Source: Rubripirellula sp. (GTDB lineage: Bacteria; Planctomycetota; Planctomycetia; Pirellulales; Pirellulaceae). From it: a DNA stretch of 64,000 bases. Shown here piece after piece: positions 1-10,152 of the stretch. Position 1 is the stretch's first letter; each line of letters starts with the position of its first letter. The notes under the pieces are model-generated. The model saw only the letters and a program-made list of their open reading frames with translations, ran no database searches and had not been told where the DNA came from. The translations under genes were made by a program, and so were the position numbers. Where the stretch lies: NCBI GenBank assembly GCA_965216875.1, contig OZ244207.1, positions 1,344,001 to 1,408,000 on the forward strand, in the 5' to 3' direction.

Positions 1-785
1 AGCCGTATGGAATCATTTCGGTTCCGGCAGCTGGCTATGAGTGGAAAGTTGAAGCGACACGGCCTCCCTCGTTCGCGTGTCGCCGAGACGGAAGCAACGA
101 GTCGATCGAAATGGTGGTGCTCGGCTCGGTCGGCGAGGATGAAGCGTCAAGGGAGGCGTTCAATCGCCAGCAGAAAGAGACTGCGGTCAAAGCGTTTGAA
201 GAACGCGGGCTCGAAATCTTTACCGTGATTGACGAAACGACAGATGCCATGATCAAAGACAGCATCGGTTTCGAAGTGGTGGCGCTCGAGGGTGATCGGC
301 GAATTCAATTAGCGGTCAAGCATCTGTTTCGCAGAGACAAGACGATTGCCTTTCGTTCCGAAACGAAAGCTGAGTCGCCGCTGACGGCGACCTTCGCCGG
401 AACGGTTCGGTTCTTTCTGGCCGATGAGGATGCCGCAAAACAATCGAAATCGAAAGTGCCCGATGCTGCGCGCAAGGCGATTGAAAAAGAAATCAAAGTG
501 TTTCTCAAACTGCTCGAGATGAAGACTACCGAGGATGTTGAGAAATTTGTTCGGTACGCGATGTCCGATGCCCAGTTCGAACAGATCAAGTCGTCTGGGA
601 ATTTTGGGCCGATGAGTGAATACGTGATGAACGAGACAGGACCGATCTTGTTGAATTCGTTCAAGGCGATCGATTGGAATCGTGCGATCTACACGCCCGG
701 AAATCGCACGATTGCGTTTCCAGTTCCTCCCCACGGGATTCGCTTCACCCAGCGAGGTGGAAAGTGGAAGTTGCGGCTCCAGTGA
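1..785 (+). CDS. Hypothetical protein, 5'-truncated by window edge
   Basis: The frame of ORF 111..785 is open back to base 3 (PYGIISVPAAGYEWKVEATRPP...). No family recognised. Confidence 0.7.
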   Translation, partial: PYGIISVPAAGYEWKVEATRPPSFACRRDGSNESIEMVVLGSVGEDEASREAFNRQQKETAVKAFEERGLEIFTVIDETTDAMIKDSIGFEVVALEGDRRIQLAVKHLFRRDKTIAFRSETKAESPLTATFAGTVRFFLADEDAAKQSKSKVPDAARKAIEKEIKVFLKLLEMKTTEDVEKFVRYAMSDAQFEQIKSSGNFGPMSEYVMNETGPILLNSFKAIDWNRAIYTPGNRTIAFPVPPHGIRFTQRGGKWKLRLQ

Positions 786-787
786 GT

Positions 788-1159
788 CTAGGCTGGGTCA
801 ATCCGCAGCCAATTCCTGGCCTCGGTTTCTTCGGTGAAAAAAGCGACCGGCGCTCCGCGATTGTTGGCGACGTTTTCAAAGAAGCGTTCATCGTCCACCG
901 ATGCGTCGTGGTGCAGCACGAAGGCGATGACAAGTTGCCGCCGTGCAACTTCTTTTGCCATTTCGAACATCTGCATTCGAGTGAGTTTGACCTTGGTGGT
1001 CGTGCCCCGAACAAGAACCTTTTGAGAGCCCGCCTCTTGGCAGGCTGCAGAGATTTCGATCAGCTTGTTCTGTTGTTCTGACCAATGAACTTCGTAGTCG
1101 GGTGGATCGACGATAAGGACGTGATCTTTTTCAATCCGAATGCTGTACGGATCGTCCAT
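788..1159 (-). CDS. Small SpoIIAA/STAS-SEC14-like protein (paralog 1)
   Basis: 123 aa ending FFENVANNRGAPVAFF.EE.EA..WL, typical of SpoIIAA-like proteins. GGGGAG RBS upstream. Confidence 0.7.
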   Translation of the reverse strand: MDDPYSIRIEKDHVLIVDPPDYEVHWSEQQNKLIEISAACQEAGSQKVLVRGTTTKVKLTRMQMFEMAKEVARRQLVIAFVLHHDASVDDERFFENVANNRGAPVAFFTEETEARNWLRIDPA

Positions 1160-1203
1160 CTGCTCCCCCTACGATCGCGCTGCCCTACGAGAGGGAGTTT
1201 GAA

Positions 1204-1578
1204 TCAATCAGTTTCGGATCGAAGCCATGTTTGTGCGTCCGATTCACTCTCAAAAAATGCCACGGGGGCCCCACGATTGCTCGCGACGTTTCCAAAAAAC
1301 TGAGCGTCCGTTTCCGTTGCATCATGTTGGCTCACGATTGCAACGGTGAGCTGAAGTCGTGCTACCTCTTTGGCCATCTCAAAAAGCTCGAGTTGCGACA
1401 TTTCGATTTTTGTCGTCGAGCCAAGAATCAGAACGCGTGACGTTTGAGCTTTTTGGCATGCCTCGACCGTTTCGGCCAGCATTTCTTTTTGGTCGGGCCA
1501 GCGAACGACATAGTTGGGCGCTTCGTTTACGATTACACATCCCGGCTCGATATGGATCGCGCAACCCGAGTCGTTCAT
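1204..1578 (-). CDS. Small SpoIIAA/STAS-SEC14-like protein (paralog 2)
   Basis: ATG at 1578 with AAGGAG RBS. 124 aa, colinear with 788..1159 (FEMAKEVAR, NRGAPVAFF). Confidence 0.7.
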   Translation of the reverse strand: MNDSGCAIHIEPGCVIVNEAPNYVVRWPDQKEMLAETVEACQKAQTSRVLILGSTTKIEMSQLELFEMAKEVARLQLTVAIVSQHDATETDAQFFGNVASNRGAPVAFFESESDAQTWLRSETD

Positions 1579-1767
1579 CTGCTGCTCCTTACCAAAGTCC
1601 GACCAATAAAAGAGTATAAGGATTGTTTGCCAAACAACGCAGCAGGCGCTGAAAAAATGTGACGTCCTCAATTCGATACCGGTTGATGAATCTTGATCGA
1701 TCGACGAATTTGATTGCATTCTAATTCGAGTCAGTAAAAAAACTCATTCGAGACCAACGATCTCACC

Positions 1768-2475
1768 ATGCCTTCACTCAAGTCACTTCGCCAAGAGCTC
1801 AGCGAGAAAGCGGATCCCGCGATTGCTGAACACTCGCAGCGTTTTTTCAAGTCCGGCCCAGGGGAATATGGGGAAGGTGATCAGTTCATTGGGGTGCGCG
1901 TCCCGGTTTTGCGAGACGTTGCCAAGCGTTACCGCGAATTGACGCTCAAGAGCACTGTCACGTTGCTGCATTCTCCGGTTCATGAAGAACGATTGACAGC
2001 ATTGCTTATTCTGGTTTCGAAATTTGAACGGGGAAGCGAAGCCGAGCAGAAGGAGGTGTACGATTGTTACGTTGGCAACCGGGGCCCGATCAACAATTGG
2101 GACTTGGTGGATTGTTCGGCGCACAAAATTGTCGGTCCCTACTTGCGCGATCGGAGCCGACGTGTTCTTTACCGCTGGGCGAAGTCAAAGAGTATGTGGG
2201 ACCGGCGCATCGCAGTGATGGCGACCTTTGCGTTCATCCGTGAACATGATTTTGACGACACGCTGGAACTGAGCGAGATGTTGTTGAATGATCCCGAGGA
2301 CTTGATCCACAAGATGGTTGGTTGGATGTTGCGCGAAGTGGGTAAACGGGACCTGGCACTCGAAGAGGCCTTCCTAAAGATCCACTACAAAGAGATGCCG
2401 CGAACGATGCTGCGTTACGCGATCGAAAAGTTCCCCGAAGCGAAACGCAAACGGTATCTCAACGGCAAGGTTTGA
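1768..2475 (+). CDS. alkD: DNA alkylation repair protein (AlkD-like HEAT-repeat glycosylase)
   Basis: Motifs FFKSGPGEYGEGDQFIGVRVP, INNWDLVD, GWMLREVGK, MPRTMLRYAIEKF. Confidence 0.85.
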   Translation: MPSLKSLRQELSEKADPAIAEHSQRFFKSGPGEYGEGDQFIGVRVPVLRDVAKRYRELTLKSTVTLLHSPVHEERLTALLILVSKFERGSEAEQKEVYDCYVGNRGPINNWDLVDCSAHKIVGPYLRDRSRRVLYRWAKSKSMWDRRIAVMATFAFIREHDFDDTLELSEMLLNDPEDLIHKMVGWMLREVGKRDLALEEAFLKIHYKEMPRTMLRYAIEKFPEAKRKRYLNGKV

Positions 2476-2681
2476 GCGCCACTGTATGTTGTACCGCCCG
2501 TTTGGAGCACCGCCTTCAGGCGGAGTCTTCCTTGTCGCCTGCCTAGGAGCGAGACGCCAAGCGGCGCATAGCTGAACGCCAGGCCCTGAGAAATGATTGA
2601 CTCACTCGCAAGACCTGGCGTCTCAACTACCATACAACAATTGAATCCGTGCAGTCGCATGTGGTTGCGACTGCGTTCTTT

Positions 2682-4007
2682 TTAGTTGAGGGCGAGCAAC
2701 GCTTCGGCGGTAGTGCTCAGCCCAGACATCACAACCGATTGCTCTTCCACCGATGCAGCGACGCTCTCGGTGTTGGTGCTCACTTCGGTGATACCGGTGG
2801 TGATTTCGTGGATCGACGAAACGACTTCGGTGATGTTGCCGTGAATCGTGTCGACGCTCGAACGAATGTCATTGATTGCGTCGCCAGTTTGGTTGGCGAG
2901 GGCTTTCACTTCACTTGCAACCACGGCGAATCCGCGACCGGCGTCACCGGCACGAGCAGCTTCGATAGTGGCGTTCAAAGCGAGCAGGTTGGTTTGATCG
3001 GCAAGGTTTTGGATCAGGTTGATCACCTTGCTGATGCTTGCACTGCTGCGGTTGAGTTCATCAACGATTCCGTTGGCGCGTTCGGCCGAGCCTTCGGCAT
3101 CTTTAGCCAAGTCCGCGGTGCAAACGACGCGTCGGGAGATTTCTTCGATCGCTTGCGACATTTCGTTGACGCTGACGGCGATCGAGGAACCGATTTCGCC
3201 GGCATGCTGTTTTGCGTGGACCTGGTCAGTGATGTTGGCGACACCCTTGATCACGCGAACAACGTTGCCGTTGATGTCAAAGACGGGGTTGTAGGCACCT
3301 TGGAGCCAGAGTTCGGAACCGTCTTTTTTGACGCGACGAAACTCACCTTGGCGGTATTCACCGCGTCCCAAACGTTCCCAAAATGTCTTGTAGTCGTTGG
3401 TCTCGGCGTCATCTTCACGCATGAACATGCGGTGATGGCGGCCCTTGATCTCGTCAAGCGAGTAGCCGACGGTTCCGAGGAACAGGTCGTTGGCGTGAAT
3501 GATCGTTCCATCGGGCTCGAACTCGATGATGGCTTGCGAGCGGTTTTGAATCTCGGCTTGCGATTGCTTTTGGCGAGTGATGTCGGTCGCGAACTTGATG
3601 ATCTTGACGACCTGGCCTGCTTCGTCAAAGACAGGGTTGTAGGTCGCTTGGATCCAGATTTCCTTGCCGCCCTTGCCAAAGCGTTGAAACTCGGCACTTT
3701 GGAATTCGCCACGATTGAGCGCAGCCCAGAACTCGCGGTACTTTTCCGATTGCCCGTAGATCGGGTCAACAAACATGCGGTGATGCTTGCCAGCGATTTC
3801 GGGCAACATGTATCCGACGGCGCCCAAGAAATTGTCGTTGGCGCGAATGATCGTTCCGTCAGGATCGAACTCGATCACGGCTTGCGATCGCTCAAGCGAT
3901 TTCATGATCCGGTCGAGGTTTTGATTGATCTTCGCGTTCGCTGATTGCGATGGATCGACGTTGTTCGTATTTGCGGTTTGGTTGGTGTCCGCCTTCCACA
4001 ATTTCAT
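2682..4007 (-). CDS. Soluble methyl-accepting chemotaxis protein with two PAS domains (BdlA-like)
   Basis: Two PAS/PAC repeats (AVIEF.PDGTII.ANDNFL; W.Q..YNPVFD) and MCP signature [31 protein letters not shown]. No TM helix. Start chosen at MKLW (4007). Confidence 0.9.
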   Translation of the reverse strand: MKLWKADTNQTANTNNVDPSQSANAKINQNLDRIMKSLERSQAVIEFDPDGTIIRANDNFLGAVGYMLPEIAGKHHRMFVDPIYGQSEKYREFWAALNRGEFQSAEFQRFGKGGKEIWIQATYNPVFDEAGQVVKIIKFATDITRQKQSQAEIQNRSQAIIEFEPDGTIIHANDLFLGTVGYSLDEIKGRHHRMFMREDDAETNDYKTFWERLGRGEYRQGEFRRVKKDGSELWLQGAYNPVFDINGNVVRVIKGVANITDQVHAKQHAGEIGSSIAVSVNEMSQAIEEISRRVVCTADLAKDAEGSAERANGIVDELNRSSASISKVINLIQNLADQTNLLALNATIEAARAGDAGRGFAVVASEVKALANQTGDAINDIRSSVDTIHGNITEVVSSIHEITTGITEVSTNTESVAASVEEQSVVMSGLSTTAEALLALN

Positions 4008-4282
4008 CTGCTGCCCCAGTAATGGATTCGTGTTGCGCTGGTTCGCGAACGGAAACCGCCGCGATCGGTGTTCCCTAAAACATTGCCGACAGCGCGCACT
4101 TGTCAAAATCGTTCACCTCAATGTGTGACAATTTCGCTCAGTGGCACGATGGACCGGGTGCAGAAATGCCCGTGTTTTGCGGCTACTACGAAGGCAAGCT
4201 GATTTCCATGGGGGAAACCCTTATGGAAAGATTCGCACAGGAGAAAGCCCTTTCTCAAATCAACGAGGCTGGTCGGTCTCCG

Positions 4283-4801
4283 TCATTGGAGTGGGGCATA
4301 TTGCGGAGCTTGCTGATTATTCGGAGCGGGGTAGTTTTGATAGTCGCCCGGAGCGTATTGGCCTTGGGGTTGTCCCTGCGCTGGGTAACCTTGGCCCGGC
4401 CCGTATTGCGGTTGAGGCTGGGGTTGCCACTGAGGTTGATGAGCGATTTGTTCATCGGGGCCATAGGCATTGTTGTAACCTGGACGATAGTCGCCCGGTT
4501 GAGGTTGACCGCCGTACTGGTTGGGACTCGCATACTGTTGGTTGTAATCAGCCGCTGGCGGGTAACCTTGATTGGGACCATAGCCCTGCTGCTCGTAACC
4601 CTGGTCGGGGTAGGCATTCTGTTGGGCTTGTTGATGCTGATCGAGATATTGGCGGCCCCGGTCGATCGCGCGGCGCGTGTCTTGGCGGATTTCGGAGCGA
4701 TTGATTTCGATCGTTGTGCGGTCACCGTCGCGATTGACGGTGAACCATCCTGCCATGAAAGCGCCGCCAACCATCAGGCCAATGATGAACAGGTTTCTCA
4801 T
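4283..4801 (-). CDS. Membrane-anchored or secreted hypothetical protein with Q/Y/G/P-rich tail
   Basis: ATG 4801 MRNLFIIGLMVGGAFMAGWF (hydrophobic N-terminus), followed by low-complexity QGY/QYG repeats. Confidence 0.7.
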   Translation of the reverse strand: MRNLFIIGLMVGGAFMAGWFTVNRDGDRTTIEINRSEIRQDTRRAIDRGRQYLDQHQQAQQNAYPDQGYEQQGYGPNQGYPPAADYNQQYASPNQYGGQPQPGDYRPGYNNAYGPDEQIAHQPQWQPQPQPQYGPGQGYPAQGQPQGQYAPGDYQNYPAPNNQQAPQYAPLQ

Positions 4802-5122
4802 CGTGCGATCCGTGAACTTGTGGGCCAGTCCGTGAAATAGGGGTGGTGTCGGAATTGGCCGATCGTTGCGGCGTTCCACACTCTTAGCGGCGATCTTAGA
4901 GAGAGGGGGCAGGATGGCGGAAGCTCGATTTGCCCCGCTTCTGATAGCAAACTTTGAGCCGTCCGGGGTTTGGGGGCCGATCGAACCCGTTGCCGCCCCG
5001 TGAGCGGTGGGCGGGGGAACGGCCGAAAAGGGCCGTTTTTCCGACAATTGCGGATTCTCGGTCGGTTCGATCTAATCTAGCGACCGTTTTGCGAAGCGAT
5101 TCCACGAGCCCAATTGATCACC

Positions 5123-6556
5123 TTGGCAAAGAGCCCCTCACTACAACTGCCGGTTGTTTCTGACACGACCACGCCCGAGCCTCGAACCCATGGTGATGAC
5201 GGATCGCCCCATCGGGGACGGTATGCCGTCGTCAGCTTGGGGTGTCCCAAGAATTTGGTCGACACCGAACAGATGCTTGGGCGATTGGATGAAGACGGTT
5301 ACCAGATGGTCGACTCGGTCGACTCGGCCGATTTTGTTGTCGTCAACACATGTGGCTTCATCGACTCGGCGCGTGACGAATCGCTCGGCGCGATCGATGA
5401 AATGCTCGACCTGAAGCGGCAAGGGAAAATCCGCAACGTCGTGGTGACCGGTTGTTTGGCCGAACGCCAACAGGGCAAGTTGCTTGAATCGCGACCCGAG
5501 ATCGACGCGATGGTCGGCGTTTTCGGTCGTAACGAGATTGTCTCGGTCATCGACCGACTGCAATCGGGCGTCGAAGAACAACAAAAGCTGTTTCGTCCTG
5601 CTGCGGTACGACCGCTAAGTGACGCGGTGCGCAGCGCAGTGACGCCACGCCACTTTGCCTACCTCAAGATCAGCGAAGGGTGCGATCGACTGTGCACGTT
5701 TTGCGCGATCCCCAAAATGCGCGGCAAGCACTACAGCAAACCGATCGAGCAAGTGGTCGATGAAGCCAAACGGCTTGGCGATGCGGGCGTGCGCGAGATT
5801 GTGATCGTCGCCCAAGACACGACCTACTATGGCAAAGACCTGTATGGCGAGCCGCGATTGACGGAGCTGCTGGGCAAGCTTGATGAAATTGAATCGATCG
5901 ATTGGATTCGTCTGATGTATTTCTATCCGATGTACATCGACGACGCGTTGATCGACACGATCGCGGGTGCCCGCCGAGTGCTGCCTTACATCGACATGCC
6001 GCTGCAGCATGCCAGCGACACGATGCTGCGAAGGATGTCGCGTAAGACGACTCGGTCGAGCCAAGAAGAAATCATGGGGCGACTGCGCGAAAGGATTGAT
6101 CGCCTTGTGATGCGCACCACGATGATCACCGGTTTTCCTGGGGAGACCGACGAGGACTTTGCGGCGCTCATGGAGTTTGCCGCACAGCAGCGTTTCGAAC
6201 ACCTCGGCGTCTTTACCTACTCGGTCGAAGAAGACACCCCTGCAGCGCGGTTGCCCAATCGCGTGCCTGAGCAGGTTGCTCAGCGTCGCCACGATGAACT
6301 GATGGCGCTGCAGCAACAGGTGGCGTTTGAGTGGAACGAGAGCCGCGTTGGAACTCAAGAAACCGTGATCGTGGACGCGCCGCTGGAGGGCCAGGAAGGC
6401 GTTTGGATTGGACGCAGCCGAGGTGAGGCCCCGGACATCGACGGAGTGGTCTACCTCTCTGGCCTGGAAGACCCCAACTCGGTTTCGGTGGGCGATATGG
6501 TCGAGTGTGAAGTCGTCGCATCGGACGGTTACGATCTCGTGGCCGCGCCACTGTAG
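5123..6556 (+). CDS. rimO: Ribosomal protein S12 methylthiotransferase
   Basis: [16 protein letters not shown], radical-[20 protein letters not shown]-terminal TRAM (APDIDG...YDL). Start uncertain (TTG 5114 or 5123). Confidence 0.95.
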   Translation: MAKSPSLQLPVVSDTTTPEPRTHGDDGSPHRGRYAVVSLGCPKNLVDTEQMLGRLDEDGYQMVDSVDSADFVVVNTCGFIDSARDESLGAIDEMLDLKRQGKIRNVVVTGCLAERQQGKLLESRPEIDAMVGVFGRNEIVSVIDRLQSGVEEQQKLFRPAAVRPLSDAVRSAVTPRHFAYLKISEGCDRLCTFCAIPKMRGKHYSKPIEQVVDEAKRLGDAGVREIVIVAQDTTYYGKDLYGEPRLTELLGKLDEIESIDWIRLMYFYPMYIDDALIDTIAGARRVLPYIDMPLQHASDTMLRRMSRKTTRSSQEEIMGRLRERIDRLVMRTTMITGFPGETDEDFAALMEFAAQQRFEHLGVFTYSVEEDTPAARLPNRVPEQVAQRRHDELMALQQQVAFEWNESRVGTQETVIVDAPLEGQEGVWIGRSRGEAPDIDGVVYLSGLEDPNSVSVGDMVECEVVASDGYDLVAAPL

Positions 6557-6773
6557 GCCGGATCAAGGAGCGACAGCGTCTCCGATCCGGCATGGGCCAG
6601 CGCCATGAAGTCGTCACAAGTGAGCCGCGATCGCGTAAGCGGCCGGGCCTTGATCGCCTTCACACTCGCTGCGCGTCGGCAAGGGCCCGAGGCCTGACGG
6701 CCAGCGGCTCACGGGCATTGCCAGCGCCACTGTAGGCCGGATCAAGGAGCGACAGCGTCACCGATCCGGCATG
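6545..6773. repeat. Composite REP-like element: 50-bp direct repeat (6545-6594, 6724-6773) flanking a ~100-bp palindromic unit (6621-6722)
   Basis: gcgccactgtaggccggatcaaggagcgacagcgtcWccgatccggcatg occurs twice with 1 mismatch. The inner TGAGCCGC...GCGGCTCA unit recurs at 41336-41435. Confidence 0.9.
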
Positions 6774-6853
6774 AGTCCATTACCGAGCACACCATTGGGG
6801 TGGCATGGTATACTCACAGGAGTCTTTTTCGTTCTTAATCAGCCTTTCTCATC

Positions 6854-9286
6854 ATGGCCTCGTCTGAGCCAAAATTTGATTTCCTCGATCCACCGTCTGA
6901 GCAGGGGGATCTTGGAACGCTCAGTCATTACCGCGTGATCGATGAACTCGGACGCGGAGGTATGGGGTTTGTCTTTCGCGCTGAAGACAAAAAACTAAAA
7001 CGTGAAGTCGCCTTGAAGGTGATGAATCAGAAGGTTGCCGGAACGCCCCACAGTCGGCGGCGTTTCTTGCGTGAGGCGCGCGCGATGGCGGCCATTCATC
7101 ACGACAACGTGGCGACCATTTTTGAAGTGGGCGAGAACGACGGCACGACCTTCATGGCAATGGAAATGCTTGAAGGCGAAACGTTAGAAGCGTTCAACGA
7201 TCGCGGCGAACGATTGGAGTTCTCCCAGATCATTGATTACGCCAGGCAGATTGCCAGTGGCTTGTCGGCGGCTCATGAAAAGGGGATCGTGCACCGCGAC
7301 ATCAAGCCAGCGAACATTTGGATCGAAACGAGTAAGGGGCGGATCAAGATTCTCGATTTCGGGTTGGCTCTTGCGTCGACGCCGGTCGACCAACTTGCGG
7401 GACGCGGCGCGGTGATCGGAACGCCGGGATACCTTTCACCTGAACAAGCCCGTACGGAACCACTTGACGATCGAAGCGACTTGTACAGTTTGGGAGTGGT
7501 GTTGTATGAGCTGGCAACGGGAAAACTGCCGCTCCATGCCAACAACGTTGCTGGCCAATTGATCTCGATTTTGGCGCATCGGCCTCAGCCGATTCCCGAG
7601 GCCAATCCGGAGGTTCCCGTGCCTCTTGCGGACTTGATTCACCGGCTGTTGTTCAAGGAACCGCGCGCACGGGTACGTTCGGCCAAGGTGCTGCTGGAAG
7701 AACTCGATCGGGTCGAAAACGAAAGCCACGCAAAGAGTGAAGTGGCCCAGACGATCAATCGACTGCAGGCGGGACTTGCCGAAGTGGTCAGCAAACGGCA
7801 AACCGTCGAACCGGTCATCGAGCAACCTGTGCTCGATCCGTTCGCGGCCATCCCCGATACACCCGCCGCTGAGGTGGCAAGCGATGCGTCGGGCGTGAAC
7901 CCAGCACTTGGTCCCGCTGCAGCCCTGGCGCCGCCCGCGTACCAGCGCCCCGTTGCAGCGAAGTCTGACACCGGTTCAACCAACTTTCAAAAGTACATCC
8001 CGATCGCTGCCATCGTGGCGCTCGTAATGATCGCTCTGCCGGTCATGACGTTCATGTTTAGCAGTCGTGATGCCAACAACACGCCGATCGTGGTTGTGAC
8101 CGATCTGCCCAACGGACCTGGCCAAACCGCCGCATCCGTTGTGCCCGCAGCATCGAGCAACCAAGGTCAACGCAATAGCTCGCAAAACGCCAACGCACAG
8201 CAGCAGGGTCATAAGAACAACGGCGCGAACACTGGGAACCGCCAGCGCGCAGGGAACCAAAACTCAGGCAACCAAAACTCAGGCAACCAAAACTCGGGGA
8301 ACCGAAACTCGGGCAAACAAAACAATGCGAACCGCCAGGCCGGCAATCAAGCGAATCGGCCGAACCAAAACAAGCGGCCGGCAAACAACGGGAACAAGGC
8401 GAACAAGAATCGCGGCAACAACCAAAAACAGGGCGGCAATCGAAAGAACCAACAACCGGCGATGGCAGCGGCGGACAAAACAAACGCAAAGCCCGTCCGC
8501 AATTCAAACCCGAGTGGTACGGGCGGAAACAAACAGGCAGCTGAAAACCGAAATCGACCCAACTCGCAATCGCCAACGGTTGCGATGAATCAAAGTCAAC
8601 GTAACCTCAATCCCGATTCCATTGGACAAACCGGACGGCCCAACGTGTCACCTCCTGAATCGATCGAGCCGCCAAAGGAACTGGAGTGGACCAATCTTTC
8701 GATCCAAACGGGTCGCGGGGCCGACGCCATGGTTCAAATTGGAACGAGCCAGAAGCGTGGCTTGAAGGCAACCATCGGTGTGCACACGCGCGGCAAAATC
8801 GAAAGCCACCACAGTTACCTTCGGTTTGACTTGGCCGAAATTGCCGATGTGCGTGGCGAGGTCGAAGCGGCCGACTTGATGCTGACGTGTGTTGGCAAGA
8901 CACGTCCAGTCGGCGCGAAACTACGTCTGTACGGGATTCCCAGTGAAGGCCTGCCGCTTTGGCCAGAAGACGGGCCGCGGTCGTTGACCTGGGCAAACAC
9001 GCCATCAAAAGTGGGGCTCGATTCGTTGTCGTTGCTGGCAACGTTGGAGGTCCAAGCGGGTGATGATCCTGCGTTGAAGCTTGGCGGAGCCGAGCTGGCC
9101 AAGTTTTTGCGTGAGAAGGCCGACGCGACGGTGACGCTCGTGGTGGCCGGTAAAGGTCCCAGCGCGGGCCCGCTCCTTTTCGTCAGTCGTCAGGGTGACC
9201 CCGCCAAGTCGCCGCGACTCCTCGTGCAGGCCCCCCGCGAGCCGACCCAGCGGAATTCCCAGCAAAATCGTTCGCAGCGTCGCTAG
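6854..9286 (+). CDS. Hanks-type Ser/Thr protein kinase with TM helix, N/Q-rich linker and C-terminal DNRLRE/CBM96-like domain
   Basis: LGRGGMG, VALK, HRDIKPAN, DFGLA, GTPGYLSPEQ; TM IAAIVALVMIALPVMTFMF; C-terminal 'GADAMV...SYLRFDL...A.L.L'. Confidence 0.92.
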   Translation: MASSEPKFDFLDPPSEQGDLGTLSHYRVIDELGRGGMGFVFRAEDKKLKREVALKVMNQKVAGTPHSRRRFLREARAMAAIHHDNVATIFEVGENDGTTFMAMEMLEGETLEAFNDRGERLEFSQIIDYARQIASGLSAAHEKGIVHRDIKPANIWIETSKGRIKILDFGLALASTPVDQLAGRGAVIGTPGYLSPEQARTEPLDDRSDLYSLGVVLYELATGKLPLHANNVAGQLISILAHRPQPIPEANPEVPVPLADLIHRLLFKEPRARVRSAKVLLEELDRVENESHAKSEVAQTINRLQAGLAEVVSKRQTVEPVIEQPVLDPFAAIPDTPAAEVASDASGVNPALGPAAALAPPAYQRPVAAKSDTGSTNFQKYIPIAAIVALVMIALPVMTFMFSSRDANNTPIVVVTDLPNGPGQTAASVVPAASSNQGQRNSSQNANAQQQGHKNNGANTGNRQRAGNQNSGNQNSGNQNSGNRNSGKQNNANRQAGNQANRPNQNKRPANNGNKANKNRGNNQKQGGNRKNQQPAMAAADKTNAKPVRNSNPSGTGGNKQAAENRNRPNSQSPTVAMNQSQRNLNPDSIGQTGRPNVSPPESIEPPKELEWTNLSIQTGRGADAMVQIGTSQKRGLKATIGVHTRGKIESHHSYLRFDLAEIADVRGEVEAADLMLTCVGKTRPVGAKLRLYGIPSEGLPLWPEDGPRSLTWANTPSKVGLDSLSLLATLEVQAGDDPALKLGGAELAKFLREKADATVTLVVAGKGPSAGPLLFVSRQGDPAKSPRLLVQAPREPTQRNSQQNRSQRR

Positions 9287-9310
9287 TGCCGCTAACGCGC
9301 GTTCAAACCA

Positions 9311-9413
9311 TCACCCTCCCGCTTGCGGGAGGGTCGAACGCAAAGTCCGGGGAGGGAACAAGCCGAACAAACCCTCTCCGGGCCTTAGAGCCCGACTCTC
9401 CCGAGGGAGCGTG
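9311..9413. repeat. Intergenic palindromic repeat (CCCTCCC...GGGAGGG / CCCTCTCC family), copy 1
   Basis: Near-identical copies at 43548-43654 and 55998-56098. Confidence 0.9.
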
Positions 9414-9549
9414 CTCCCGAAAACGGCGCGTCGGGCGGTTTTGCGACACTTTTTTCTAAGGATCGATCAGCACGGTCGTTTTAACCTCTGCAAGGACGAA
9501 CATCCTTCTGCAGACAGCGGTGATGAACGAATCAATTTCCACCTGTGTA

Positions 9550-10092
9550 ATGAGTGACCAGGAATCTCCGGCCAGTGCATGCGCCGACGCGATGTCGGAT
9601 CAGGCATGGTTGGGGTGGGTTTTTCGCGAGCACGAAGTCGCGCTGATGGGCTATGCGACCCACTTGATGGGCGATGCCGAACGGGCCAGTGACGTCGTGC
9701 AGGATACGTTCATGCGCCTCTGTCGTCAGCAGCGGTCGGAAGTGGAAAGCCACGTCCGCCGCTGGCTGTACACAGTTTGTCGAAACCGTGCCCTCGACAT
9801 TTTGAAAAAGGACAAGCGGATGAAGACCCTTGATGACGCCCGCGCCTCGCAGCATCCCAGTCGGGACGCCGATCCGCAGATGCAGGCCCAACATCATGAC
9901 TCGGCCGCCCGGGCGGGAAGTTTGATGCAGGATCTGCCCGATCGCCAACAAGAAGTGATTCGACTCAAGGTGCAAAGCGGACTTAGCTACCGCGAGATTG
10001 CAGAAATCACTGGCTTGAGTGTCAGCAACGTCGGCTACTTGCTGCACACCGGATTGAAATCAATACGCACTCGATTGGCCGCAATCGAATAG
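9550..10092 (+). CDS. ECF RNA polymerase sigma factor
   Basis: Region 2 DVVQDTF..WLYTVCRN.ALD; region 4 LPDRQQEVIRL..GLSYREIAEI. Start uncertain (9550 or 9592). Confidence 0.92.
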   Translation: MSDQESPASACADAMSDQAWLGWVFREHEVALMGYATHLMGDAERASDVVQDTFMRLCRQQRSEVESHVRRWLYTVCRNRALDILKKDKRMKTLDDARASQHPSRDADPQMQAQHHDSAARAGSLMQDLPDRQQEVIRLKVQSGLSYREIAEITGLSVSNVGYLLHTGLKSIRTRLAAIE

Positions 10093-10152
10093 CTGCCGTA
10101 TCCCACCTAGCGACCTACCGAACAACTGACAATCATTCCACCGAGAATCACG

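Noticed and set aside
2649..3944. 431-aa plus-strand ORF
   Set aside because: Antisense shadow of the well-supported chemoreceptor gene; no motifs.
4100..4840. 246-aa hydrophobic plus-strand ORF
   Set aside because: Antisense of the Q/Y/P-rich gene; its hydrophobicity reflects complementary CAA/CAG codons.
6545..6773. Possible mini CRISPR array
   Set aside because: Only two 50-bp copies, a 129-bp spacer that is itself a dispersed repeat, and no cas genes.
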